Positions 39,179 through 52,283 are shown, numbered from the stretch's first letter. The stretch: 64,000 bases of DNA from Camelus dromedarius (GCF_036321535.1 NC_087437.1:47618001-47682000), one strand, 5' to 3'. Numbers and translations are program-made. The notes: generated from the letters alone by a model not told the origin.

Positions 39179-39699
39179 CTAGAGCCTACCCATAAAGCAA
39201 GTATTATTAGAACTCTGATTTTACAGATGAAGTACCTGAGGCTCAGAAAGATGAAATGGCCTCAGTTGCAAAACTGCGCCTCACTTGCCAACTCTAGAAA
39301 GAAATCCCAGGAATTTCCGTTGAGCTTGTGCAGACTAGCAGCAGCGGCAGCGGCGGCGGCTCTCCACCGATGTTAGAAACGCACTCTCCCAATAAATCAG
39401 AATCTGCAGCTTAACAAAATCCTCCAGTACAAAATTCCTAAGTACAAAATTTGAGAAGCACTAGTCAAGAATACATCAATTTTCTAAGTTTCACCTGTAA
39501 TTCAACAAGCACCCACCCACACACAGCTATACTCCAAGCTCAGGAAGTAAATCACGCAAGAATAGAGGGTAGTGAAAAGGTCAAAAGGTTTTCCCTTATC
39601 GCTGCTGGCCCTGTAAGCTGGAATCCTTCTGGTCCGGCACCCCGACCCCATCTTATCTCATCCCACCCCTCCTCCTTTTAGCTCTCCTCACTAAATCAG

Positions 39700-40450
39700 C
39701 CACTGGCAGCTAGCTACGCCCAGGCTGGGCAGAGCCTTGGAAACTTTGAAGGGAGAGGGAGGGGAAACCCAAGTTGGGAGTGAACGAAAAGCATTCTTCT
39801 GGTAGCATTCCCTGCCCACAACAACTTCTTGCCTTCTGCCCGGAAGAAAAATGGTGATCGGCGTAGACACACTTCCGGCTACGGAGCCAAACAAAATCGG
39901 GAAGGACATGAGACCGGAAGTGACCGCCCTTTTGCCTCTACTCCCGCCGCCTCCCCGTCTCCCAGCTTCTCATGGAAGAATGAGGCGATTTGGGGGTTGT
40001 GGCTGAGTTGCGGTTGCCGGGTGACAAGTCGGAGCCCGGACAGGGTGAGCGTCCGCTGCCTCGGCTGCCGGCCGGTTCACTTTGCTCGGGGTGACCTTCG
40101 CCCGGCCAGGGACAGGGGACGGGGAGTCGTGCGTGGGGCTCTGTGACGAGACGCCGCCGCCGTCCTGCGGAAAAGGAGCGAGCCAGCCGGGTTGCGGGCA
40201 GGGCCGGCGGCCGGGTCGGGCCCGCGGAGCCCGCGAGGCCGGAGCCAGGGGGGCAGGGAGCCCGAGCCGGGGCCGGCGCACGAGGGGCGGTGGAGGGGTC
40301 TGGCGCCGAGCCCTGCGGGCGGGGCTCCTGCGCCTGATGTGGAAGGCGGGGAAGGCCTTTCCCCAAGGTAGGTGTTCACACCCAGCTGAATCGGGTTGTT
40401 GCCCTCACCGTGCTTTCCCGTGCGGCTCCTTCGCTCAGTCGTTTGCTGAC
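39700..40450. promoter_or_regulatory. MFN1: CpG-island promoter of MFN1 with ETS/GABP sites
   Basis: GC/CpG-rich; ACTTCCGG 39871-39878 and CCGGAAGTG 39914-39922; lies directly upstream of the MFN1 start exon. Confidence 0.92.
39935..40044 (+). other. MFN1: MFN1 non-coding exon 1 (5' end approximate)
   Basis: Downstream of the ETS sites; donor AGG|GTGAGC at 40044/40045. Confidence 0.75.
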
Positions 40451-41109
40451 CCTTTGGAAAGCTCAGCTTTTTTTACGGCCACTCTGCTCCATTTTATACA
40501 CATACACATCGGGATTAGACTAGCGTACGATTATTTTTGTTTGGTGTCTTTTCATGAGAAGCTGCCTCAAAAATTTTTCTTGTATTCCTTGAAGCTCTTG
40601 GTATTTTGGCTGAAAATTTTAATGCTCGCTTTAAGGCTTGTCCCTCTGTTCGTTGTGATGAGAACTACTTACTAAACCTTAGAATTGCATTATAAACTTG
40701 GAATTCTTTTCCCCTGACTTTGTATATCCACCTCCACCCGCCTAGATGTCCAGGTTGAGAAACTTAACTTACTGTTCGTGAATTTGACTTCATCTCACTC
40801 ACCCTGTTCCTGAGTCACATGCAATCAGAATTTAGCCAGTTTCATTGTCAGCAAAGGGAACTAAAGTAGAAATTGCAGCCACTATTTTGGCCAGTAGGAT
40901 TCACTTATTTTAGTGGAATATCACCCCAAAGGATTCTTTAATTATCTGACTAAAACACTTCTACCCCAAAACACAATTATCTGCAAGTTATTTTGGAAGT
41001 TTGTTTCATTTATTCAATTGGGGAGTTAATGTCGCTGGAAAGTGTCATTAATTAACGTATCTTCAGCATCCAGTTTAATTTGTACTTTTCTAACTTTATT
41101 TTCAGCATA

Positions 41110-41221
41110 ATGGCGGAAACTGCTTCTCCACTGAAGCACTTTGTGCTGGCTAAGAAGGCGATTACTGGGATATTTGATCAGTTACTGGAGTTTGTTACTG
41201 AAGGATCACGTTTTGTTGAAG
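41110..41221 (+). CDS. MFN1: Mitofusin-1 exon 2 (start codon; exon begins 41106)
   Basis: [52 protein letters not shown]; donor G|GTTAGT; 112 nt. Confidence 0.96.
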
Positions 41222-41404
41222 GTTAGTTCCTCTAAGTTTTTAAAATAAATTACTTTTGAAAATATATAAAGGTGCTTTATTCTTTCAGCTTTGGTTACTG
41301 AACACATATAGGGCATTATGCTAGATGAGGGATACAAATAAAACCCATTTCTGCCTTCCAAAGGAGCAAGATTGAAGATTATTACAGCAACTAAAAAAGG
41401 ATGC

Positions 41405-41605
41405 TTGTGTGTGAGGTATTATTACTCTAAGCACTTCATTACATTAATGACTCATTTAATCCTCAGATCAGCACTGAGGCAGATTTTAATCACACATTTA
41501 AAGATGAATAAACTAAGGCACAGAAAAATTAAGCACCTTACCTAAGATCACACAGCTGGTAAATACCCAGACTAAAGTCAGGCAGCCCACATTTAGCCAT
41601 TATAC
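41405..41605 (-). mobile_element. MIR SINE
   Basis: CTCATTTAATCCTCA...AGATGAATAAACTAAGGCACAGA...AAGATCACACAGCTGGTAA. Confidence 0.75.
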
Positions 41606-42004
41606 TTATGTCTTCCATCCACTCAGCAGTTAAGCCAAGATCTCAGACGTGTCTTATCCTCTCAAATGAGGCTGGGGTACAGTGGGAATAGAACAAAAGG
41701 AGTTATCTTAAAGTGAATGTAACTGTTCAAACAAAGGTGATGAGGACGTCCTACTACAGAATACTACTTTAGAGATAATTGTTGACCTTCAAGGGTAGGG
41801 ATTGTGTAAACTCCAGTGGGAAACATTTGATAGGCTGGTAGAATCAAACTTTTTGCCTTATCCCTCCCAATCCTCCTTCACCAGATTTTGAGTTCCTTGA
41901 GAGTAGGGATCCTGCCTTTTTATTCTATCATCACCAAACGTGACACAATTCAAGTTTTGCTGTTGAATGAGGAAGAAAAGTACTGGTACAGAATCTTAGT
42001 TTTC

Positions 42005-44067
42005 TTTTCCTTTTTTAAAAAAATTAAAGTATAATCCATTTGCAATGTGTTAATTTCTGGTATACAGCATAGTGATTCATTTATGCATGTGTGTGAGTGT
42101 GTATATATGTATATTCCCTTTCATATTTTTTTATTATAGGCCATTACAAGATACTGAATATAGTTCCCCGTGCTATACAGTAGGACCTTGTTTATCTATT
42201 TTGTGTGCAGTAGTTAGTATCCACAAATCCTGAATTCCCAACTTCTCCAATCATAAGTTTGTTTTCTGTGTCTCTGAGTCTGCTTCTGTTTTGTAAATAA
42301 GTTCATTTGTGACCTTTTTTAAAAAAAAAATTAGATTCCAAATATAAGTGATACGATATTTTTGTTTTTCTTTCTGGTTTACTTCACTTAGAATGACGAT
42401 CTCCAAGTCCATCTATGTTGCTGCAAATGACATTTTATTCTTTTTTATGGCTGAGTAGCATTCCATTGTATAAATACACCACAACTTCTTAGTCATCTGT
42501 CAGTGGACATTTAGGTTTCTTCCATGTCTTAGCTATAGTATACAGTGCTGCTATGAACATTGCGGTGCATGTATCTTTTCAAATTAGAGCTTCCTTTGCG
42601 CATATGCCCAGAAGTAGGATTGCTGGATCATAGGATAAGTTTATTTTTAGTTTTTTAAGGAATCTCCATACTGTTTTTCATAATGGCTGCACCAAACTGC
42701 ATTCCCACCAACAGTGTAGGAGGATTCCTTTTTTCTCCATACCTTCTCCAGCATTTACGATTTGTGGACTTTTAAAGGATGGCCATTTCTGACTGGTTTT
42801 GAGGTGACACTTCATTGTAGTTTTGATTTGCATTTCTCTGATAATTAGCAATATTGAAGATTTTTTTATGTGCCTGTTGGCCATTTGAATGTCTTCATTG
42901 GAGAAATGTTTGTTTAGCTCTTCTGCCTATTGTTGGATTGAGGTTTTTTTTGTTGTTGTTGTTACTGAGTTGTGTGAGCTGTTTGTGTATTCTGGAAATT
43001 TAAGCCCTTGTCAGTTACATTATTTGCAAATATTTTCTCCCATTCTGTAAGTTTTCTTTGTTTTGTTTATGGTTTCCTTTGCTGTGCAAAAGCTTCTAAG
43101 TTTAATTAGGTCCCATTTGTTTATTTTTGCTTTTATTTCTATTTCCTGGATAGACTGCCCTAGGAGAACATTGCTGCGATTTATATCATAGAATGTTTTG
43201 CCTGTGTTCTCTTCTAGGAGTTTTATGGTGTCTTGTTTTATGTTTAAGTCTTTGAGCCATTTTGAGTTTATTTTTGTGTAAGGTATGAGGGAGTGTCCTA
43301 ACTTCATTGATCTACATGCAGCTATCCAGTTTTCCCAACACCACTTGCTGAAGAGACTGTCTTTTCTCCATTGTATGTTCTTGCCTCCTTTGTCAAAGAT
43401 TGACTCTAGGTGTGTAGGTTTGTTTCTGGGCTCTCTATTCTGATCCATCGATCCATATGTCTGTTTTTGTGCCAAGACCATGCTATTTTGATTACTCTAG
43501 CTCTGTAGTATTGTCTGAAGTCTGGATTATTCCTCCAACTTCACTCTTCAGTATTGCTTTGTCAATTCTGGGTCTTTTGTGATTACATATAAATTTTAGG
43601 ATTATTTGTTCTAGTTCTGTGAAATGGACTCTGTTGACCTTTGCCCCAATTTTATGGTGAATTCTCCTCTGCTCAAGCCCCTTCATGAATGCTCATGTAC
43701 CCTTAGCTTAAAACTTCTCCAATTTTGTTGTTCTGGGAGACACTGCTTCAGGAAAAATCCTCAGTGTTCTCAAATAATGTCCTGAGTAATTTGATAGATA
43801 TCACATTAAATCTATAGATTGCTTTGGGTAGTATGACCATTTTAATGATAGTCTTCCAATCTAAGAGCATAGGATATTTTTCTGCTTCTTTAAATCATCT
43901 TTAATTTTCTCAATCAATGTTTTATAGTTCTCTGCATATAAGTCTTTTCACTTCCTTGATCAGGTTTATTCTTAATTATTTTTTTTAATGAGAATTTAAA
44001 GGGGATTTTTTTTTTTAAAAACTTTACTTTTGTGATATTTCATTGTTAGTGTAAAGAAATGCAACAG
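42005..44067 (-). mobile_element. Relatively young 5'-truncated LINE-1 with 16-bp TSD
   Basis: TSD CAGAATCTTAGTTTTC at 41989-42004 and 44068-44083; minus-strand ORF2 remnants ([49 protein letters not shown]). Confidence 0.95.
43625..43771 (+). mobile_element. ERV LTR fragment nested in the L1
   Basis: Interrupts the L1 between ...TCTGTGAAA and AATGTCC...; reverse complement of 44372-44514. Confidence 0.9.
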
Positions 44068-44267
44068 CAGAATCTTAGTTTTCAATTTGGAAAGAATTTG
44101 ACATGGCACAGTGGCTTTTGAATAATATTTTATTCTTAAAAAGTTGATGGGAAGTGAAGATGAAGTTCAATGTAACATCTTCTGTATATTGAGCCTGTTA
44201 ATGAATTGAACATTCTCCTAGGAGCTAGCGAATGGCAGCTTTAGAATTTAGATGAATTCAGTGTTAC

Positions 44268-44847
44268 TATTACCTGAAACCTGAGTTTGCTTCTTGGGTG
44301 TTGAGCCAGTAGACACAACCAAACCAAAGATAGGGAGAAGGAAGGATTTATTATTACTTTCAGCAAGTCGGGAGAAAACTGGGGTCTTTCCTGAAGCAGT
44401 GTCTCCCAGAACAGCAGAACTGGGGAAGTTTTAAGCTAAGGGTACATAAGTATTCATGAAGGGGCTTGAGCAGAGAATTCAGCATACAATTGGGGCAAAG
44501 GTTGACAGAGTTCAGGTCATGGTTGATTGAAGTAAGGAGGGCCAACATTCCTTCCTCCACCCAGGTGGTATCCTTAGTTCCCAGAGAACTCAAAGATATA
44601 CTATTACGTATTTCCCTTGAGGAGGGACTAGGCTCCACTTTATCACTGCACTAATGTTTGCCTTTTCTCTGTCCCTGCATTCCTTTGTTCCCTTAAGATC
44701 ATTGGTTACTGAGACCTGTTCAAGGACAAGCACTGTGGCCAAACTTAGATACCAAAATGGCTTAGACTGAAATGGATTCTCTTATGTCAAGAAAGCCATT
44801 TATGGTTCTCCTTCTCTGAGGACCCCTCCTTAACCTATTTTCTTATA
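44268..44847 (-). mobile_element. ERV1-type solo LTR (~580 bp) with 4-bp TSD
   Basis: TTAC at 44264-44267 and 44848-44851; degenerate TG...CA ends; minus-strand AATAAA at 44347-44352. Confidence 0.82.
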
Positions 44848-45853
44848 TTACTGGTTCTAGAATCTCAGAAAAAAAATGTTGCAAAAAAAGAGGCAAAGCA
44901 AGTAAGTTAGGAAGAATAAGTAAGAGCAAGAATAAAATGAAAAACAATGATGAAAGTAATGATACTTAAGCCAGTCTCACTTTTATTCACCAAATTGCAT
45001 GTATTTTTTTAATGTACTTGAAAAGTATGATGTAAAGCTCAAGTTTAATTAGATGATCACCTGGTAAGTCGTGTCAATTTTTATCTCTAACTGGCACCAT
45101 TCAGATAGCTAAAGAATCTCCATGTTTTCACCTTCAAAATGAGATGATAAATATATAAATGTAAAAATTTATATTATTGGAATATAAACAAAACTGAAAT
45201 TCTTTTCTCCTTTTCAAATCCTTGCTTTTGTAGGTACCCCTATTCTTGGAGGAAGGGAGGTTGGGGCTGGGGTAGGCAGTTACCCCCAAACCCGACAGTG
45301 GGATACAATCTGCAGTTCTCTTTTCATGTTAGCTGTTTTGCTCCATCTGTGTGGGAAGAAGACAAGAAGTTGTAAAATAGCAAGGTCTTACCTAGCTTGA
45401 AGACCTTGAACCATATCTTTTGGTGGGGGGAGGTGGGGTACCCATTCAAACCTCACTCTATTAGCATGTGAATTCCTCTTCTCAGTTCAAGATTTAAAGC
45501 TGTCAGGATGGAATAATACTAGGTGGCTATTGGGTTCTAGTTTCTCTAATCAGAAGTGCGATTTTGTCTTAGGTGGGTATTTTGTATCTTTGAAACCTAG
45601 ATGACTAATAAATGACCCTTTTGACTGGACTTAAGTAATTTTTAATTATTTTGAAATTCTTTTGGACGGTATTTTTTTGACCCATTGCAACGAGGCATTT
45701 ACCTTTTATCAAATATTCAGATAGCATGGCATTTTTATTTTCTCATGGCATGTTAATACAGAACAAAGCTAAATATATGCATATCTGAAGTATTGTGTTT
45801 TATACTTAATATTCATCTTTATTACTTTCTCTAATACCATTTCAATTTTATAG

Positions 45854-45989
45854 CAACATACAAGAATCCAGAACTTGACCAAGTAGCTACTGAGGATGAT
45901 CTGATAGAAATACAGAGGTATAAAAACAAGCTTTCCATCATTGGTGAGGTGCTGTCTCGGAGACACATGAAAGTGGCATTTTTTGGCAG
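45854..45989 (+). CDS. MFN1: MFN1 exon 3
   Basis: (A)[44 protein letters not shown](R); AG/GT boundaries; 136 nt. Confidence 0.96.
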
Positions 45990-46429
45990 GTAATCCTTTT
46001 CTTATTTCTTCTCAAGGGTAGTTTTCAGAAATTAGTGGCTTTTCTTGATCATATCCCTAGCTTTGTTTCTAATGTTTCAGCAAGTGCTATTCCTCCCTCT
46101 CCTCTTCACAACAGTTTCTGCCTGTGTTAAATGTTAAAGCTATCAGCATGTGAAAGAATTTGTTCATTATAGCTCCTGGTATAACATAAAGCTTTATCAA
46201 AGGCAGTCATATTTTTTTAAGGATGCTCACCTCTAAGAATTGGCTTCTGCCAGTTATAAGAATAGAAAAACAAGTGATAAATATAACTTGTGACTTACTG
46301 TTTTAAACTTCTATTGATTATCAGGTGTATCTTCCAAAAGGATTTTCAGCTCCATGATTCCCAGAGGGAGAATGGGAAGTGCCATTCGATAACATAACTC
46401 CTGGAGTGGTAGAGTAACAATCTCTGCCA

Positions 46430-47100
46430 CAGCTCATGCATTAATCTAAGGATCATTTGTTAACTACCTATATACCATGCATTCTGTTAGGCACATGGGA
46501 TACAAAGATGACTAGGCCCGTACTTGGTTGTTCAGATATCATATGCTGTGTACCAGTGGAGGCATTAATTTACTCACTAAACTAACCTCATAGGGCTTCT
46601 AAGATATTTTCCATCTTAAGGCTTTAGCACTTGCAATTTCCTGTGGTTAGAATTCTCTTTGCCTTGCTCTATGTCTGGCTCCTCCTCAGTCTTCACATCT
46701 CATCCTAAACGTTACTACAGCAGAAACCTTCCATGACCACTCTGTCTGAGGTATTCCTTTTTGGTTATTCTCTACTAAAGCACCCTGTTTATGTCCTTGA
46801 AAACTTCTCACAAAGCTCTGTGGTTTTTTGGGTTTGTTTTTTGTTTTTGTTTTTTGTTGGTGTTGTCTGCTTCCCCCACTTGACCATACTCTCAGGGCCT
46901 TACACAGTCTAGTAGGAAGTAGGTCCGTGAAGGAGGCCACACCTCAGGTAGGGTGGAGTAGGAGTGGGAGGGAAGAGGCCTCCTGAAGAAGTGATGACTC
47001 AGTTGTCCTACTTGAGAAGGAGAAATAGGAGTTAGTTTTGGTTGTGAGAAAGGTCCAGCCCAGATTTAAGAAGATGGGATATTAGACCACATCTGGAGAT
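46430..47100. mobile_element. LINE-2 fragments, apparently in both orientations
   Basis: Antisense L2 terminus near 46440-46520 and 46890-47100 flanking a sense L2 piece (TAGCACTTGCAATTTCCTG...CTTCCATGACCAC). Confidence 0.5.
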
Positions 47101-47395
47101 GTGAATACTGTGTTGGGACAAGTAGGCTGTGATTTCAAATTTCCTCAAGAAGCAAGAAAGGTAGAAAGGGCAAGGATAGCTTTATGGGAAATGTAGGATT
47201 TGTTTTCCTCAATTTTTCTGAAATGTGCATTGCCAACAGTTGTGTAAATCAAGTTGTCAACGTTTTCATGGAAAGTGTAATCTGATGAAATTTACAAAAT
47301 TTCCATTCTAAAAAAGTTGGCCTTCGACCCAGTGAAAGAACAAAGTTTTTACTGTTATGTTTTGTTTTTCATGATTTTATGTATTCATTCTTCAG

Positions 47396-47558
47396 GACGA
47401 GCAGTGGGAAGAGCTCTGTTATCAATGCCATGTTGTGGGATAAAGTCCTCCCTAGTGGAATTGGCCATACAACTAATTGCTTCCTGAGTGTTGAAGGGAC
47501 TGATGGAGATAAAGCCTATCTCATGACAGAAGGATCAGATGAAAAAAAGAGTGTGAAG
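47396..47558 (+). CDS. MFN1: MFN1 exon 4 (P-loop, G1/G2)
   Basis: (R)[54 protein letters not shown]; 163 nt. Confidence 0.97.
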
Positions 47559-49782
47559 GTATACTATTGGACCTTTAGCAACAATAATGTACCTGAAATA
47601 ATGCCCTTAACTTGTTCTTTTAAAAAATGTTTTACAAGATGTCTGCGTTGCTGGAGATGGAAGAATCATTACTGTTTCTATTCATAGCTTTTACAACCAT
47701 CATTAATGTTTTGAATTTTATTCTTTTGCTTCAGAGCTAAATAACTGAAAGCATAAAACCTGTCCTTAAATAAAAGTAAATTAGAATTAAAAGTTTGTGA
47801 AGTTTTAAAAATGATATTCCCAGTGAAAAGAACGTTATTGAAGTGTGCTGTTGCTGTTTAATCTCAAATATTTACTTTCTGCAGTAAACTTTGTTTAAAA
47901 AATTGGGCTCTGGAATCTGTTTTTGACACATGTCTGTGCCTTTAGAAACTTTTTACCTTTGGAGTATTTGGTAAGCATATTCATGAGTAAATGTCATAGC
48001 TTTCTCAGATAAATGCCAATGGTAGTTCCCTACCTTTCTTAGGTTTCTTAGGGAATTCAGTGGCACTAGATTTTTTCAGCCAAAAGAAGAAATAAAGGAA
48101 AAGCAATTATGATGCAAGATGTTTACTCTGGAATGAAAGCAATTGGTAAAGGCAGTGTTTCTCACTGTGGTTACTTTCTCTCAGTCTTAAGATCTCTCCC
48201 ACGAATGCAAAAGTTCAGTGTGTGAAGATCCATGTTGTTTTAATTTTGGGCTACACTGTAGGTGAATTCATAGGTCTAGTTCTCGTTCTGTGAGTTTGCT
48301 GTTTGATCAGAACTGGTAACTCAGTTTGTGTAATACTGTTCAGATTAGTTATGAGCAATACATGAGATGATATTTAGGAAAACATTTTTCAAACTTTTAA
48401 CCCATACAAATGAAGGCATCACTTTGTAATCAAGATTTTTACCAAATCAGAATTCCAACTACCTGTGGCTTAAGATCCTCAAAGTCAAGCGTGCTGTGCT
48501 GTTTCAAGGTAGTCATCTCATTTTTCGTGATCTGTGCTCTCTACCTCCAGTCCTCTTTCTTCTTGCTCTTTTACTCCTCTCCCCTACTGCAGAATTTAAA
48601 TTTGTTTATCTCAATAAGTGGCCTGCTTTAAGGTATAAATAGACTTTGAGTCTTTGGTGATAATAGTTCACTTAGTAAAATAAATGCGACAATAATAGCT
48701 AATACTCTTGCACACTTGTTGTGTACCAGGCACTATTCTAAATACTTGTAATAACTCAAACATCACCACAACTCTGTCAGATAGATGCTTTTATTATCCT
48801 AATTTTATAGGTAAGGCATCAGGATTTTAATACAAGTTTATAAATCTATCAGAAAGTTTATGAAAGCAAGCAAAAAGAAAAAAACAAAAACCAAAAACCT
48901 ACCTAGCATTGTTGCTGTGGAAATTCACTTCAACCCTGTTGTGCCCACTTGAAAATAGATGTTTCCCTGTAAAATTGCATACAAATCACAAAAGAACCAT
49001 ACAGATACATGTGCTGATGCCCTTTCCTTGATTACTAATTTTGTTTTAAACCTTTTGTATTGTATGTTTAACTTAACACATACATGAAAGGTAATAAACT
49101 AAGTATGTCAGAAGTCATCTTGAGAAATAGAAATATTGTAATTAAATAGAAAGAGAAGGCATAATCATTAATTTCAAGGAGGCGTGTGTGGATAAGTAAC
49201 TGCCTGGTGACATTTCTTTTGTTTCCCCCCCTTAGTTACTAAGCAATAAACTCATTTTAGAAGAGTCAGAAAATACAATTAGGCAAAAAGAGGAGAAACT
49301 CCAAAACTCACACACTTCCAAAACCAGTGGAAATTCTTTGGTATAGAGTTAAATTGGTGTTTCTCTGTATTTTTAAAACAAAATGCTTTTTTTAATCATA
49401 TATGCTATTTTCTGATACACTTTTTTCCTCTAAAAAATAGTGTGAATTTCTTCTCATATATACCATATCAATTTCAGGGGTTGCATAGGATTCCATTTCC
49501 AGAGTGCCATTTGTTGGGCATTTAGAATGTTTCCAGCCTGGATTATTTTTGCAGAATGATACTGAGTAAACTGTTTCAAGGGCACTATTTTTTTTTTCTA
49601 TTTGATCATTTTAAACCTCAGATTTCTCAAGATTGCTCAGATGGGTTTCATTTCAAATTATTTAAAGTTCTGCATTTTCTACGTTTTGAAAAAATAAATA
49701 TTGTACCAAATCATAATATGTTAAATTTTTATTCAATTTGGTTGTAAGTAGAGTTTAATTTTTTCTTTCCTTCCTACTTTAG

Positions 49783-49907
49783 ACAGTTAATCAGCTGGCC
49801 CATGCCCTTCATATGGACAAAGACTTGAAAGCTGGCTGTCTCGTACATGTGTTTTGGCCAAAAGCAAAATGTGCCCTCTTGAGAGATGACCTGGTTTTAG
49901 TGGACAG
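49783..49907 (+). CDS. MFN1: MFN1 exon 5
   Basis: [41 protein letters not shown](S); 125 nt. Confidence 0.96.
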
Positions 49908-50666
49908 GTAAAATTATGTGTGAATTGTTTTCTCATTGTAAAGTTTTATTTAATAGAAGTGCTGCTTACTTTGGCGTGTATTACATAAAAATGTAAAATG
50001 GTCAGTTGCTGCTTTGTTCTTTGCTAGATTGTAACTTTATTACAGGAAATTTCAAGAATTGTGGCGCTTCTGTTTTGTTTCTCTAGACTGACTTTGTAGT
50101 CTGGATAATTGGCGGGGCTGTCATAGGATACATTAAGCCAATGTATAAACAGTTGGAGTACACTTTTTATAGTATAGGTTGTATATTAAATTTATGTGTA
50201 GCAGGTGTTTTTTAAAAAAATTATTTATGCTTATAAGCACTTAAATCTCTGAGCTATACTGAAAATAGCTGCTTATACCTTCATTTTTGATTATGTTTTA
50301 GCCTAGTTTATTTTTGTTTTCCTGTACTTATTTTCAGCCTTCCAAAGCATAAAGATTTAAAAGATTAAAATATTGACCATGTTACTTGCCTTGTCAAAAA
50401 TTGAAGTATTCTGTCTTTAGTAAATAAACTTTTTTTAGCGTTTGTGAAGTTGTCAATTAGATAGGCTCTGGGAGTTGTCAGCAGAATAGAAATATATATA
50501 AAGCACAAATTCTCGGCTTTCCACATCTTCTCTCTGATAGGTGAGAAAGTACTCTAAATCTCTTAGGCTTCAAGCTGATAACTGGTAGAAATCCTATCCT
50601 TTAGGCTTCAAATAATTGTAAAAGTTTTAAAAAGTTCTCTCTCTGTAATCCAAATTTTCTTTTTAA

Positions 50667-50840
<174 letters not shown>

Positions 50841-52112
50841 TGATAGCAAGTGAAATGATGTCTGTTTTAACTCTGAAAAGTGAGGGAAATCCAAATCATG
50901 GATTAGAAAGAACCTCTTAATATCAGGGGTGAACAAAGGAGTTTGTGTTTCTGTGGGACTTAGAAAGGCTGATTCTGGTCTTCGTGAGTGTTCCCAGGGT
51001 TTCAGTAGCTATCTAGGGTTTAATGGCTCTAACTTCTAGTGAATATTTCAGTTCAAGGTGTGATACATGTTATGTTGTTGACGTTCACTGTGGTTATTTG
51101 CCAGTTTCTGAAGGAACAGTCACCAGCATTGTTAGGCTATTGACTTAAGTCTCTTGAATAAAGTGTAACACTCCCACCTCACCTCCCTGTCTGGCAGGCA
51201 AGGCTTTTCATGTTTTGAGTTTTGTCAACCTTTTCCAGCTTTACCTGTGTACACTCTAGGTTTCAGCTCACCTGTGTACAATTAAAAAAAATTGTTATGC
51301 ATAAAAAGCGTATTAATGGCCAAACACCATTAAAACTAGGTGTTACCAGCAAGACCTGTTTTGTCACTGTATTATTAGTGTTTGTATGGCTCGATCTAAT
51401 CACAAACCAGGCTGCTTTGACAACAGTGACAGTTGTTTATAACCTGATGGTATTAAAAAAAATAGATAAATGTTTAAAATCTGCTTTAGAGTAACTGCAT
51501 TATTTCAGTGTTGGTTAAACAAACTTTGATATACATTCTGACTTTGGTACTTTTGTTTATATCACTCTTTGCATATAATTCTTCCCCTTCCCAACTTTTT
51601 ACCCTTCAAAAAGCCCTGTTATCAGTACTTTCAAGCCCATCTTAATCACCACTTCCTTCTTTATGGAGCTTTTTCTAATTTCAGCTGGATATGGTGTCTC
51701 CTTCCTAGCATTTATTTATAGTATTTATGGCACATACCTTTCTCCATTGTTTATTATATGTTGTACACGTGTCTTGCGTTATTATTTACTTAGTCTAAAT
51801 CTTCAAAAAGATTTGAAGTATCTTTTTGAAAATTAGACTATCATATTTAGCAATATCTTTTATGTCCTGCATATAGTAGAAATAAATGAGTATTTGTTAA
51901 ATTGAATTTCCAAAAAGACTTGTGGGAGTAGGCAAATCTTAACTTTTGCTTTCTTATATTTTAATTTTCTCGTCTTTGAAAGTTTAATGCTCAGAGTGCT
52001 TTGGGGTCCTTTATCAATGAGTGTTAATCACTTGTTAAATGGTTCCAACTTTTAGATTCAAATACAATTTCAAATATAAATATACAAATAAAATAGTTTT
52101 TTAAAAAAGTAA

Positions 52113-52283
<171 letters not shown>

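Noticed and set aside
39829..40675. ORFs across the MFN1 promoter, including a 197-aa ORF with a hydrophobic tail
   Set aside because: Near-cognate starts in a CpG island; the hydrophobic tail reflects T-rich intron sequence.
43020..43481. 153-aa minus-strand ORF as a gene or active L1
   Set aside because: Fragment of a 5'-truncated, frameshifted L1 ORF2.
46430..47100. L2-derived miRNA hairpin (miR-28/151 type)
   Set aside because: The opposed L2 pieces are too degenerate and I could not see complementary tail-to-tail arms.
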